From Octopus vulgaris (Eukaryota): a stretch of DNA of 64,000 bases. This document shows, in pieces, positions 1 through 12,939 of this stretch; within the stretch, counting starts at the first letter, position 1, and each line of letters starts with the position of its first letter. The notes under the pieces are model-generated. The model was not told where the DNA came from, made no database searches, and saw only the letters and a list, made by a program, of their open reading frames with translations. The position numbers and the translations under genes are program-made. Location of the stretch: the NCBI GenBank assembly GCA_951406725.2, contig OX597814.1, forward strand, positions 119,412,001 through 119,476,000, in the 5' to 3' direction.

Positions 1-273
1 TATATATATATTGTGTGTGTGTGTGTGTGTGTGTGTAAAGAGGTATAAATACAAAACTGGATCGACAGCTATCAAATAATCACACCTAGAAGTTCGCATC
101 GCACATCTTAACTCAACTAAAATTAGAGCATTCCACGAGAATAGTTTTCATAAGTAATTCAAAATATAAGAAATCATTGGCTGCTACAACGTATAATTAA
201 AAAAAAAAAGAGTGGAATTAAAGAAACATGCGAAGATATAACAAGTAGATACGCATACATATTAGTTCAACTT

Positions 274-348
<75 letters not shown>

Positions 349-521
349 GTTATGTTTCTAGCAATTACACATTTTATCACACAATCTGAATACAGACAGA
401 AATATGGCTGCAGGATGGCACACATAGCGATCTCATGGGGCTCAACGCAAAAACGAACAGAGGGGCAAGTCGAGAACGAACTAGATGCAATCTGCCGACA
501 CCATAGTGTGTCTTCCTGAGG

Positions 522-616
522 ATATGAACATCTCACTGAGGTGGCGAAGCGAGAAATAAATTAAAATATAAATCCAGTAGCTTCTGGACAATAATAGATA
601 CACACATATATAAGTA

Positions 617-691
<75 letters not shown>

Positions 692-721
692 CGCTTCGCC
701 ACCTTAGAGAGATGTTCATAT
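522..721. repeat. 31-bp inverted repeat enclosing a (TA)n tract
   Basis: atatgaacatctcactgaggtggcgaagcga (522-552) matches the reverse complement of 691-721 with 2 mismatches. Confidence 0.85.
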
Positions 722-1035
722 ATATATACGTATTTAGAATGAAAAATAAACAGATAACAGGGTAAGGATATTAGTAGGAGGGGTAAGGAAAGTAAAGGCG
801 GAGGATTAAATATTGTAACTGTTGCCCGAGATACGCCAGCACATTATATACACATATTTACACTTATGTGAGTACGAACGCACATAAATATGCTTGTATA
901 AATATTCATATATATAAATATGTAGTAACTCTCTTAGTGCATAGATACGTATGGGTGTGTGTGTGTGTAAACAGTATGAGTGACTAATTCGCAATTTTGC
1001 AACATAAAGTCAGAAGAATATGCGTCACTAAAGGG

Positions 1036-1185
1036 AACAAGAGCATTAACCAGCACCAGTATTGCTAGAAATAAGAACCAAAACAACTCAATAACAACAA
1101 AAGTACTATCTTAATGAGCTGGCAAGCTATTGAGTTGTTTTGGCTCTTATTTCAGGTAATACTAGTGCTGGTTAATACTCTTGTT
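1036..1185. repeat. Hairpin / MITE-like inverted repeat, 58-bp arms and 34-nt loop
   Basis: 1036-1093 matches the reverse complement of 1128-1185 with about 6 mismatches. Confidence 0.85.
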
Positions 1186-1339
1186 ATAATTTTGCATTAT
1201 AATAATTTTATATAGAATATATTGTGTTAAAAGAATCGCTAGTTTATCTGTCAACTACTAACTTGGGTGGTGATCAGTATTTTTTTATCTGAAGCTTCTC
1301 GTTGTTTATGTATTTGTGTACTAGGTGCTGCGTTTATCT

Positions 1340-1668
1340 TTTGTCTTTTACTCGCTTCCGTCATTAGGCTGCGGCCATGCTGGTGCACCACCTTGAAGAA
1401 TATTTAGTCGACAGTAGTAATTTTCTATCGATCACTTTTGCTACACAGACAAGAGGAACGTAAAGATACCAAAACTGGTTGGGACACAAACACACACACA
1501 TATGCCACGGGCTTTTTTCAGTTTCCGTGTACCAAATCCACTCACACGGTCTTTGACGACCCTGGTTTATAGTAGAAGACACTTGCCCAAGGTGACACGC
1601 AGTGGAACTGAACCCGAAACCATGTTGTTAAGAAGCATGCTTCTCACCACACAGTTATACTTGCACAC
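1340..1668 (-). mobile_element. SINE family A copy (internally deleted)
   Basis: It shares accaaatccactcac, tatagtagaagacacttgcccaagg and gcggccatgctgg blocks with 15221-15631. Confidence 0.8.
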
Positions 1669-2903
1669 ATTGTTATAATCCACCAAAGATTTACGTAGAC
1701 GTGAGAGGAAATATTTATTTTCTAGCAACCTATTTTTGACACATGTTTCTTCATTGGATTATTTTGCAAATTCGACTTTCGTCATTGCCTGCGACCAAAA
1801 TATAAGCCAGCTCCAGTTTGTTTTGCCTACAGTTAAAATGATAGTATACAGCACCAGTTAAATATATCGAAATTTGAAATCTATCTTGTGATGTATTTTT
1901 ATGAAAGAACTAAATATGTTTTAGGAAGTACTTAAAAGAAGTAATGCATATCGTCTTGAAACATGAAGCAATAGGCTCAATTACAAATTTTGTTTGACAA
2001 GCGACATCCTAGTGTTATGTGTGACTGCGCTGCGTTAACGTAGCTGTTACAGGATAAAGCAGATTGATGAATAAATGAACGGTTTAGGAATATCGAACCG
2101 GTAGAGATAAAGAGGTGAAAACGATTTAGTCTTTGAGACTTTACGAGGTTATTAATTTCAGTAAACAAATTGGCTTGTCCTGACACAAGATCTGCTCGAA
2201 TCTTCACAAACACTGACAGGGGCTATTACATAAACGAGAGAGCTGTCAGTAGAGTGATAAAAATCAAGGAGAGGATTGATTGAATAAAATAAAGATAAGG
2301 GAACCACTAGCAAAACGACATCAACGATAAAAATAAAATACATAAAAAAAAAATAATAATACTGAAATGCTTAAGAAAAGATTGTCTTGGAAAGCTGTTG
2401 GAAATTCAATAAATTCTACTCCAGACTTTTTTTGCAATCGGAATATATCATGACACACGATACATATATACATACAGACATACACACTAACACACAATTG
2501 ATGCTCTGTTTCCTATCTGTCACTTCCTTTCTCGCTATTCCAGCTCATGTGATGCGCATAAGTATGTGTATATATGTAATTCAATTTGTATTATTGTATG
2601 CGATGTGATTGTACGAATGTGCTGCATACGTAAAACTGATTTATAAATTCTCACACAAGCACACAAAAACATAGAGACTCAAGAAATATTAGATGTCGAA
2701 GTGAAGATTAAATTAAGGTTTATAAATACACACAAAATACATAGAAACTTAAGCGTACAGGTGAATAAACATATAAACCAATGATCTCCCTTTTCCTACC
2801 ATTCTCTCTCTCTCCCTCTGTGTGTGTGTGTATGTGTAATATATATATATATATTTATATGTGTATGTGTGTGTGTGCGTGCGTGTGTGTGTGTGTGTGT
2901 GCT

Positions 2904-2982
<79 letters not shown>

Positions 2983-3731
2983 GTGTGTGTGCTTGTGTGT
3001 GTGTGTGTATTTATATAATTCTGCGATACTTAATATTTAGTTTTTCTCCCTCGATCCTCACATATTCATGCGCATATGTTGATATACGTAAACAGGTATA
3101 TGCATATATTTATGAATGTTATACTATGCTTCCATGTATGTAGGTATTTATAGTAATATTGACGAGCACGTGCTCGTAAAGTATCACTATTTGATCGGTG
3201 TAACAGATTGTGTAGCACGAGAAATATTAGATATCTGCAAAAATTCATTCCATTAAGAGCGCGATGCATAAAGCAAACTGTAAGAAAATTTATTTGAAAC
3301 TATAAATTAGATGCAACGAGGTGAAATTTATTGTTCTTGTTATGCACATCTACTCAAGAATAGATAAGACCCCACAAACTGGGTTACAGGAATTAAAACT
3401 ACGATATTTTAATCATGCCTCACTCTGTCACACATTATGTGTGCGCATACCTACAAAGTGAAAAGCACTAACACATATATTTGTACATGGAAACATAGAC
3501 ACATATATATATAATCCATATGTATATGAAATCGAAGATTCACTCAGCAAGGACTTAGACCTAAACGCGAGGTGATCAGTGATCAGTCAGCCAAGGTTAC
3601 AATATTGCTGTGATTCATTTGGCTTCCAATTCAATGAATCGATGGCAAGTAAATACAAATCACTATATATATATAGGGATGTTGTGCGTGTGTTTATGGT
3701 TGTGTGTGAATGGATATGTGTATACAAACAC

Positions 3732-3779
<48 letters not shown>

Positions 3780-5767
3780 GTTGAGATGTGCATATATGCG
3801 TCTGTCTCTTCACACTTCACTCCTTATGCGTTTTACTTTCAACATATATCTGATACTGTTTGTATTGAATGCGTAATGCTTGACCTAAGCTAAGTTCGAG
3901 TCAAAAATTCATTAATCAGTTCTATTGCCAGTATTGATTGAAGAAATGGTTTTTATACAATTATCCTTTTGTACTGTTATAAATGTTTCTAGGAGTATAG
4001 TTCTAATATATCACGGACGCATAAAGCTGTTGTTTTGTGATTATTATTAAAAGCTCAAGAAAGTTCTCTAACTTTTTCATATTTTAGACACAAAACTCAT
4101 TATTGAAGGGTTATTGATTTAAAATCATTGTATTACAAGAGCAAAAATATCAATCTTACATTTAATAAGTTTTTTGGGTGGTGTCAAATGTTGATTTAAA
4201 TAATTAACATGATTTCACTATAAATGTTTTTGTATTCCTATCTTCATTATAAAGGAATGAGAAAAAAGGCTTCTCACTAAGCATCGAGATTAAAAGAAGT
4301 AATTGGTGGGGTGAGCAGAAGGCTTCTTGGGGACGTGCTTAATCTTGATTACTATAGCTGAGGTTGCCTGAATAAAGTGTACGTTGTAAGACCCGAAACA
4401 TCCGGTAACGCCAAGATACAACACTGACGATGGGTCTAAGCATTGCATCTTTATTACAAACAAGAGAAGATATTTTTCTTTAACACCATGCGGTATTTGT
4501 TCGAATAGGGGAAGTAAAAAATATCTTAGTGGCAGAAACCCGGACTATGCAACTCCACTGCTAATAAAGGCGGCTTCACCACTACTACTACTAAGATCAC
4601 TGCCACTGCTACAACTACTACCGTAACGACTACAACATAGTTATATGATTTCGTGAAGTATTACTACTAGTGAAAGGTTGATGCCAAAACAAAAAAATCT
4701 CCTGTAAAATTTCTGCATAAAATATTTAACATTTAACAAGAGTACTTGTCAAGATTTTCAATGGTTTAATGGAAGAGCACATAACATTATGTGGTTGTAT
4801 TTCGTTTATTCATGTGTAAAAATCCATCATCATCAATGACACACACACAAAAAAAAAAGCTTGAGCTTTATCCTGATTGGTTATGATGTACAAATATTTG
4901 ACATTAATATAATCGGAAATGATAGGTGATCATTTGGAGGCAGGGGACCTCGATAATAATATCCCAAAGATTTAAAGGTGAGTTGATAATAAAAAGTGAC
5001 AGAAGTCTTTTGATTTCTTCATCACTGGATTCTGCATTTATTAATTTTGTGTAGCGTATGACAATAATCATTGGCCATTCAAAGTATGCCGTTCGTAAAT
5101 GCAAGTCGATAGTAAAGATAGAAATGTAAAAAATGAAATTGTAATAACGAATATAAACCCACCAGAAGGCAAATATTTCAAATGCTTATCCCTTGACCCA
5201 TGTTCATTCAGACTCAACTTTAATTAATTCTCTGAATAAATTCGAATGTAGATGAACCAGTAATGAACTATTTCCTATATAATAAAACATCATGCTGCAG
5301 CTTATAGCTGATAAACAATCGGATTCGCTGGTATTTGGGGCACATTTTAACGTTGACTGTTGCCATGAAATCTGGTTAACAAAAATGTCACTAGCCGACC
5401 ATGAAAGAAATTAATGAAAGCCAAAACTTCGATGTCTTATAAAGAAACATAGATAAGAGGCTTACTACCAGAAGAAGCTTACAGTTACGTAGGGACGAAT
5501 GAACTAGAATGAGCAGAGAACACATGAATGAAAGAAAATTTAAATGAATACTATAAATATAATAGATTAATAATTAAAATTCAGCTACATTCTAAACGTA
5601 AGATAATATGCTGTAATCCTCCAGCTGTTCTGAAAAGTTATATTTATTATATTTTCAACTGAAAGCTTAAGTGAATTAGCAAATCTAAATATACAGATAA
5701 AATGCTGACGCAGTATATTGCTATAAAAGATCGTTATGAACACCTCCACAATGATATGCTAAGGAGT

Positions 5768-5846
<79 letters not shown>

Positions 5847-6431
5847 GTGTGTGCGTAATATTGCTAAAACCATTAACTGTACGTTTCTTTATATATATAA
5901 ATTAAGTCACCATGTTTTTTTAGTAGCTTCCTACCACTTGCTTTCCATTACGATTCCCAAGTGCAATCCAGAGCTTCGATGTCTTCTAGAACTCGGTATG
6001 TGACAGACAAACTGAACAAGGAAGCTATGCAGAAGAAAGCTCCAAGATTAATGAAATAGCGACTTATTTATTGAATTATATGGCTACATCATTTGCTAAT
6101 AACTTAATGTTTCTATAAGGTCATTTGCAACTTAATATAACTGCGTTGATACAAATTTACATAAATTAAGGTTTCTGCATGTTACCTATAAGTTTAGATA
6201 TTGGCACGTTCGAGAGTCTTGACTGCTGAAACAGAATTCTTGCAAAGGAATTGTTAAATTTCATTATGTCTGTGTTTCTAACACGTGATTAATTATTGAA
6301 GCTGACACAACGGTAAATATGGATGAGTTTACCAAATAATTGGTTTCAAATTTTGGCGCAGGGCCAGCAATTTGAAGGGAGGGGTATGTCGATTACATCG
6401 ATCTACTGTTTAACTATCGCTTACTTTATTG

Positions 6432-6737
6432 TTGGGCAAGTGTTTTCTACTATAGCCTCGGGCCGATCAAAGCCTTGTGAGTGGATTTGGTAGACAGAAA
6501 CTCAAAGAAGCCCGTAGTATATATATATCTGTGTGTGTGTGTGTGTGTGTATTACGTATGTATTTATGTATGTATGTACGTGTGTATATGTTTGTGTATC
6601 TGTGTTTCTCCCCAACATCGCTTAACAACCGATGGCGGTTTGTTTACGTCCCCGTAACTTAGCGGTTCGGCAAGAGAGACTGATAGAATAAGTACTAGGC
6701 TTACAAAGAGTAAGTCCTGGGGCCGATTTGCTCGACA
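6432..6737 (+). mobile_element. SINE family A copy (5'-truncated)
   Basis: ttgggcaagtgttttctactatagcctcggg...gtccccgtaacttagcggttcggc...gtcctgggg. Confidence 0.85.
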
Positions 6738-6778
6738 TATATGTGTGTGTGAGTGTATATTCAGTATAACGTTTCATC

Positions 6779-6807
<29 letters not shown>

Positions 6808-6809
<2 letters not shown>

Positions 6810-6968
6810 CGACAGGATACTTTCACTCTACAAAATCCACTCACAAGGCTTTGGTCAGGCGGAGATTATAAGTAGAAAATACTTACCCAAGGTGCTACGC
6901 AGTGGGAATGAACCAGGAACAATGTGGTTGGTAAGCAAGCTACTTACCACAAAGCCACTCCTGGGCAT
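6808..6968 (-). mobile_element. SINE family A 5' half, inverted relative to the adjacent copy
   Basis: atccactcacaaggctttggtc...ccaaggtgctacgcagtggg...cttaccacaaagccactcctg. Confidence 0.8.
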
Positions 6969-7588
6969 ACAACTGTTTGATCCATTATAGAACACGCATT
7001 ACAATGTATTAATCGTTCAGGAATGTGTGATATTGTCACTCAAAGATTTTCTCAGATTTCAAAAACGATGGAATCGGTGCATACTTACTGATATTGCAGT
7101 CGATAATTATAGGGAAATTTCCTGCTAATAAATAGATAAAGGTGATTTTCTGTTCAACAATATAACTCATACACTTATAAAAGCCAATTATTCCTGTATA
7201 CGGAAACATCATTAACAATATCCACCTGCCTATATTTTGTTTGATTTACATATATATATAACACTGAGTATATGAAAATATCGAAAATATTTGTTGGTGA
7301 ATAGATGAAATATATCAGGAGATTTTAATGAAGAGATTGGACTGGTGAGAATATAAAGCGTTTTCTCAAAGTTTGTTTGGCAAGCTATGAACTGTCGATG
7401 ACTCATCATATTTCGATATATTTCGAATACTTTGTAACATATACATTCACTCAATCCATTGTTTCTTCATTCGGTTGTATAATTGGGAGGTGTGAAACGA
7501 TAAGTAACGATTCATGAAGTTTACGATTCTGTGACAATATATAATAAACACTCTCTTTAGAATAGGTTTAGTATATATTAATCCGAGT

Positions 7589-7832
7589 GGAGGCGCGTGG
7601 CTTAGTGCTCAGGGTGTCAGCATCATGATCGTAAGATTGTGATTTCGATTCCTGGACCGGCGATGCGTTGTATTCTTGAGCTAAACACTTCATTTCGCAT
7701 TGCTCCAGTCCACTCAGCTGGCAAAAATGAATAACGCTGCGATGGACTGGCGTCCCGACAAGCTGGGGAACACATACGCCAGTAATACCGGGAAACCGGG
7801 CCCATGAGCCTGGCTAGGCTTTAAAAGGGCGC

Positions 7833-7880
<48 letters not shown>
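7589..7880 (+). mobile_element. tRNA-derived SINE family C, full length with (TTA)n tail
   Basis: It has an A-box-like tggcttagtgc, a B-box-like tttcgattcc, the core ttgctccagtccactcagctggcaaaaatga and a (tta)n tail. Confidence 0.85.
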
Positions 7881-7884
<4 letters not shown>

Positions 7885-7929
7885 TAATCCAGACTCACAC
7901 ACACACATATATATGTATATAAAAATATA

Positions 7930-8323
7930 TCCTTTTATCCTTTTACTCTTTTACTTGTTTGTCATTTAACTGTGGCCATGCTGGAGCACCACCTTAAAGG
8001 GTTTGCATCGAAAAAATCGACTCCAGGACTTATTCTTTGCATGCTTAGTACTTATTATATCGTTAACTTTCGCCGAACCGCTAAGTTACAGGGACGTAAA
8101 CAAACCCGCATCAGTTGTGAAGCGATGGTGGAGGAAGGCAATAATACACACGCACGCACTTACAAATACCTACATATATGTATATACTTTCTGTCTACTA
8201 AATCACTCACAAGGCTTTGGTCGGCCGGAGGCTACAGTAATAGATACTTGCCCAAGATGCAACGCAGTAAGACTGAACTCGAAACCAAGTTGTTGGCAAG
8301 CTTCTTATCACAAAGCCACACCT
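7930..8323 (-). mobile_element. SINE family A copy
   Basis: It has the same head, core and tail blocks as 15221-15631. Confidence 0.8.
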
Positions 8324-8338
8324 GAATCTCTTCGTCTC

Positions 8339-8340
<2 letters not shown>

Positions 8341-8381
<41 letters not shown>

Positions 8382-8581
8382 AACCTGTATGTATATATAT
8401 ATATATATACATGCATATATATGTATATATACATACATGCATATATATATATATATATATATACATATATATACATACATGCATATATATATATATATAT
8501 ACATATATATATACATATATATACGTATATATATATATATACATGCATATATATATATATATGTATATATACATACATGCA

Positions 8582-8622
<41 letters not shown>

Positions 8623-8640
8623 GCATATATATATATATAA
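8341..8640. repeat. Compound (TA)n tract with periodic catacatgca interruptions
   Basis: Seen directly. It is the source of several spurious YIYI ORFs. Confidence 0.95.
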
Positions 8641-9247
8641 AGATATGCGCGTGTATGTGTTTGTGTGACCTCTATTGTGATTTTCAGTCATAGGATGTGG
8701 ACCTACTGGGGCACGTTCATTGGCGTTAATACTTGCTAATTTGATTTATTTCTTGGCATTGTCCCCGGAACCGGTCCTGGAAATGTAAAGAGTAAGATAA
8801 TCCCGCCCTTCTTTGTATTCCTTGGTGTGATTCGCTTTCATGTGGTACATCAAATAAGAATAAATGATTGTGTTAGTGTAAGATGAAATATATCAATAAC
8901 AATAATAATCATAGAAACATACAGCGTTAAATATCCTAAGGAACAATTAAAATACGGATGAAATTTTTGATCTTGTATTGTTTATTCTTGTCCTTTAGTA
9001 GAGTCAATCTTTAACTCTATTTAAGAAAGAAATCCCTTCAGCAGGAATAGGGACATTTTCCTCAGCGCTAGACAACAAAAAAAAACTGCAAGCATTCCAT
9101 TCACTTCATTGAGAAAATTCACAATTTTTATCTCCGTATATAAATTCTGAGTAATAATTCAAATTTTATATATATATATATATATATATTACGGAGATGT
9201 ACTTGCACAGCAAGTGATTTGATCTGAGATCGTATGCTGGAACGAAA

Positions 9248-9489
9248 ACAATTGCGGCGTGGAAGGTAAGCCATTTAAGAAACACACAAAAGCAGTTCGA
9301 TTCACTTCAACATTTAAGTTTTATCCGTGCTGCATCTCAGAAATGCACCACGAATTTTTGTCAGTGAACAGGTCGCGGTCTTATAGCGACGAAAATATTT
9401 TGACAAATTAAACTCAAATGTTGAAGTGAATCGAACGGCTTTTGTGTGTTTCTTAAATGGATTACAAACACCTTCCACGCTGCAATTGT
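9248..9489. mobile_element. Fold-back element with ~75-bp inverted arms near (TA)n
   Basis: 9248-9321 (acaattgcggcgtggaaggt...ttcacttcaacatttaagttt) is the near-perfect reverse complement of 9410-9489, apart from one short indel. Confidence 0.8.
9357..9407 (+). ncRNA. Hammerhead-like motif with G3:C8 core variant
   Basis: Sequence is tttgtca GTGAACA g gtcgc ggtcttata gcgac GAAA atattt tgacaaa. Stem I is 7 bp, stem II is 5 bp, stem III is a palindromic AATATT, and the cleavage triplet would be UUU. Confidence 0.5.
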
Positions 9490-9498
9490 ATATATATA

Positions 9499-9838
9499 TC
9501 TTATATAAAATCCGTTCTGTGTTTGTGGATTCTAGGATCTCGGGCATCCTCTATCCGATTGCGCTCAAATTTGATATGTAGATACCGACGGTATCAGGGC
9601 GTGTATAAGACTTGAAAAATTACAAAAATCGTTTTCCGATGAGAATACGATAGATAAAGCCGTGGGAAATCGTTTTCGTTTGGAACAGAAAATGTTTATC
9701 TTTATTTCTTCTTTTGCTGGTGTCTGAAATTTAGGTTAAATCAGTGTTTCTCAAAGGGGAGGCCTATGGGACGGTCGAGCAAATTCTTTTGAGAAGATTT
9801 GGTTTAAATGTTTGACAACTCAGCACGGGCGTTTTGTT

Positions 9839-9841
<3 letters not shown>
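9499..9841 (+). mobile_element. Non-autonomous Helitron-like element
   Basis: It starts TC-ttatataaaa after a TA run, has an internal ccgattgcgctcaaatttg, and ends near gcacgggcgttttgtttgt, a decayed ...ctagt end. These patterns are typical of non-autonomous Helitrons. Confidence 0.45.
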
Positions 9842-9886
<45 letters not shown>

Positions 9887-9980
9887 TACTGTTGTGTCTC
9901 GGGAGAGTCATTTTCTTTTGTGCCTTATAATGAAATTCACGCACCGGTAACATTTCCACGTATTTCTTATTTTTATTTTC

Positions 9981-10017
9981 CTAAAATTTTCGTTGCCTCT
10001 TCCAACCTTTTCAATAG
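9981..10017 (-). ncRNA. Minimal hammerhead-like motif with U3:A8 core variant
   Basis: Minus strand reads cta TTGAAAA g gttg gaagagg caac GAAA attt tag. Stem I is only 3 bp and stem II is 4 bp. Confidence 0.35.
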
Positions 10018-10130
10018 TCTTGACTGTCCGCTATTTAAACTGCGTACCTTTTTGTTTGTTTGTGCGCATGTGTGTGGGGCAGTGTGTGTGTGCCTATGCA
10101 TGCATGCATGTAAGTATGCATGTATGTGTG

Positions 10131-10166
<36 letters not shown>

Positions 10167-10685
10167 CATGCGTGTGTATGTATACATGTGTGTATGCATA
10201 TGTATACATGTATGTATGTGTGTGCATCCGTATATATGTATTCTGCATATTCATGTGTGTGCATGTCCGTGTGTATCTTTTATGTATGTGTGTGTGAGCG
10301 TGTGTTTGTCTATGTATGAACCTCTGTCTCCTTGTGTGTGTATGTGTGTGTTTTGCAACTATGTACCATGTTTGTATGTATGGATATGCATCTCCATATG
10401 TGTGGTCCTGTGTCTCCATATGTGTCCTTGAGTGGAGTAAAGTGGGTATGTATGTATATATGATCATGTATTTCAGTCCCCATTTGCGTATGTGTGCTTG
10501 TCTGTTCATATAACCTATGTACCTATCTCTCTGTATGTTGATCTCCTTATTATCATATCCATATGCGTACATACACGTGCATGCAACCCCCCCACACACA
10601 CACACATATATGATAGCCCACTAAGTAGTCTACCCTACCCGTGTAAACTGTGGGTATGGAGAATCTTGCAAACCAAATCCCCAAA

Positions 10686-10727
<42 letters not shown>

Positions 10728-11293
10728 ACTACTTTCCCTGCATGGAAAGATCAATGTCTGCAAAGTTCGATATCACTGGCAAGGTTTTCCTTAAATATAT
10801 GGTACACTACTAAAATACATTGGTCCATAGTTTAATCAATGTTCGACTATTTTATATATAGCAACATACGGAAACAAAAAAAACAAACATACAAACTGTT
10901 ATATAAAAACATTGTTGCTTATATATATATATATAAAAGAGAGAGAGAGAGAGATAAATAGATAGGTACATACATGCATGCATACATACATAAACACACA
11001 CAGTATTAGTCACACAAAAATTGCCTGTTTGTAAAACGGATTGCTTTTAAAACCTAAAGTTTCCGTACAGTTGAAGTTAGTCAACCGTAGTCTCTGATGA
11101 TTACGGTTGACTTAAAGGCAACACCACTGAATGAAGAGTTACGAGAAAATAACCCAGAAATATATCAGACATAACATATATCTAATTCATGTGTATATTC
11201 GGTAATTTGTGTTTTTGGACGATAGCACAAGTGCTATTCTAGACTCTTCTACTTCTTCTTCATGTATTATTATTATCATCATTGTTATTATTA

Positions 11294-11975
11294 AAGCAGT
11301 GAGCTGGCAAAATCGTTAGCACATCGGGCGAAATGCGTGGCAGTAATTCCTCTGCAGCTACATTCTGAGTTCGAATTCCGCCAAAGTCGACTTCGCTTTC
11401 CATCCTTTCGGGATCGATAAATTAACAGTGGAGTATCGGGGTCTATGTAATCCAATAGTCCTCCACCACTCCACCACATTTGAGGTTTTGTGCTTCCAGT
11501 AGAAAGGATTATTGTTATTTTTAACGTAGCAAGCTGAAAGGATCGATATCAAATCAGGCAGAATGCTTAGCGGCATATCATTCGCCTTGACGTTGTGAGT
11601 TCAAATTCTGACGAGGACGTCTTTCCTTTCATCTATTCCTGGTCGATAAATTAAGTACCAGTTGAGCACTGGGGGCGATATAATTGTCTCGTCCACCTGC
11701 CAACATTTCGGGTTTTGTGTAGTAAGATTTGTTTATTTATTAATGTGGCCAGTTGGCAGAAATGTTAGCACGCCGGATGAAATTCTTAGCGGTATTTCGT
11801 CTGCTGTTACGTTCAGAGCTCAAATTCCGCCGAGGTTGACTTTGCCTTTCCTCATTTTGGGGTCGATAAATTAAGTACCAGTTACGCACTGAATCGATGT
11901 AATGGACTTAACTCCTTTTTATGTCCTTGTTTGTCCTCTCTATGTTTAGCCTCTTGTGGGCAATAAAGAGAGAAG
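11294..11975 (+). mobile_element. Three head-to-tail SINE family B copies
   Basis: The core tttcatc..ttc.gg.tcgataaattaa recurs at about 11400, 11630 and 11850. Confidence 0.8.
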
Positions 11976-12682
11976 AAAGATTTGTTTATCTATGATTGAA
12001 AAGTGAACAGTATGAAGCACTACTTCCCTACCTGTAGAAGAGTAACACAAATTCCCTCTAGCGCCCCAGTTTTCTTTCAATGACGTTATTCTACGCTGCC
12101 TAACATTTTCATGTACTTTATTAATTTAACACACAACTTTTTGATAACATGAGATACCAGCATGAACAATACATGCATCACACACAGAGACACATATATA
12201 CATGTGTATATATATACTACAATGTGTGTGGTAGATATAAAAAGAGAGAGAGAGAGGGCTGAGAGAGTCTCAATTTCCATGTGTTACGTATAATTAATTA
12301 ATAGAACATAACTTTAAATGTAAGGTAAAGAAATATATAACATTTAGTGTAGTTTTTATACCCTACAAAAATAATATTTCATAAAAATTCAATAAAAGGG
12401 AAACATTATTGAATAAATAATAAAGAAAAAAACGTCATGCTCAATATTTTATTCTAATTTATTTTTTAATTAACTTTCACCCAGCTCCGGATTCTATGCA
12501 TTCTATAGAGACATCATGATATTAATCTACGTTGAGGCGAAATCAAATTTATCATGAAAATAACGTACAATTAAATATAACAGTGTAGAAGTCCACATAC
12601 ACATATACACATAGATGTCAGTTGTGTGAGTGTGTTTATATGTATCAGCGCGAGAGGGAGAATGGGAGAGTGACATGGAAAG

Positions 12683-12768
<86 letters not shown>

Positions 12769-12898
12769 GCGGAAGGAAAAGTGGAAATATAAACATAAAA
12801 CATACGGATATACATGTATATGCACACACATATGCATATATATATATTTATACACACGCACACATATATATATATATATATATTTATACACACACACA

Positions 12899-12939
<41 letters not shown>

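Noticed and set aside
490-525. gacac/gtgtc hairpin flanked by hammerhead-like boxes on the minus strand
   Set aside because: It needs three or more core changes and has no stem I.
3066-3290. Good minus-strand acceptor (ttttcttacag|TT TGC) in the right phase for the next receptor exon
   Set aside because: The translation (CFMHRALNGMNFCRYLIF...) does not resemble the expected iGluR segment and runs into low-complexity sequence.
11079-11112. 14-bp hairpin containing ctgatga
   Set aside because: The CTGATGA lies in the loop with no GAAA box placed to form a hammerhead. It is an isolated hairpin of unknown meaning.
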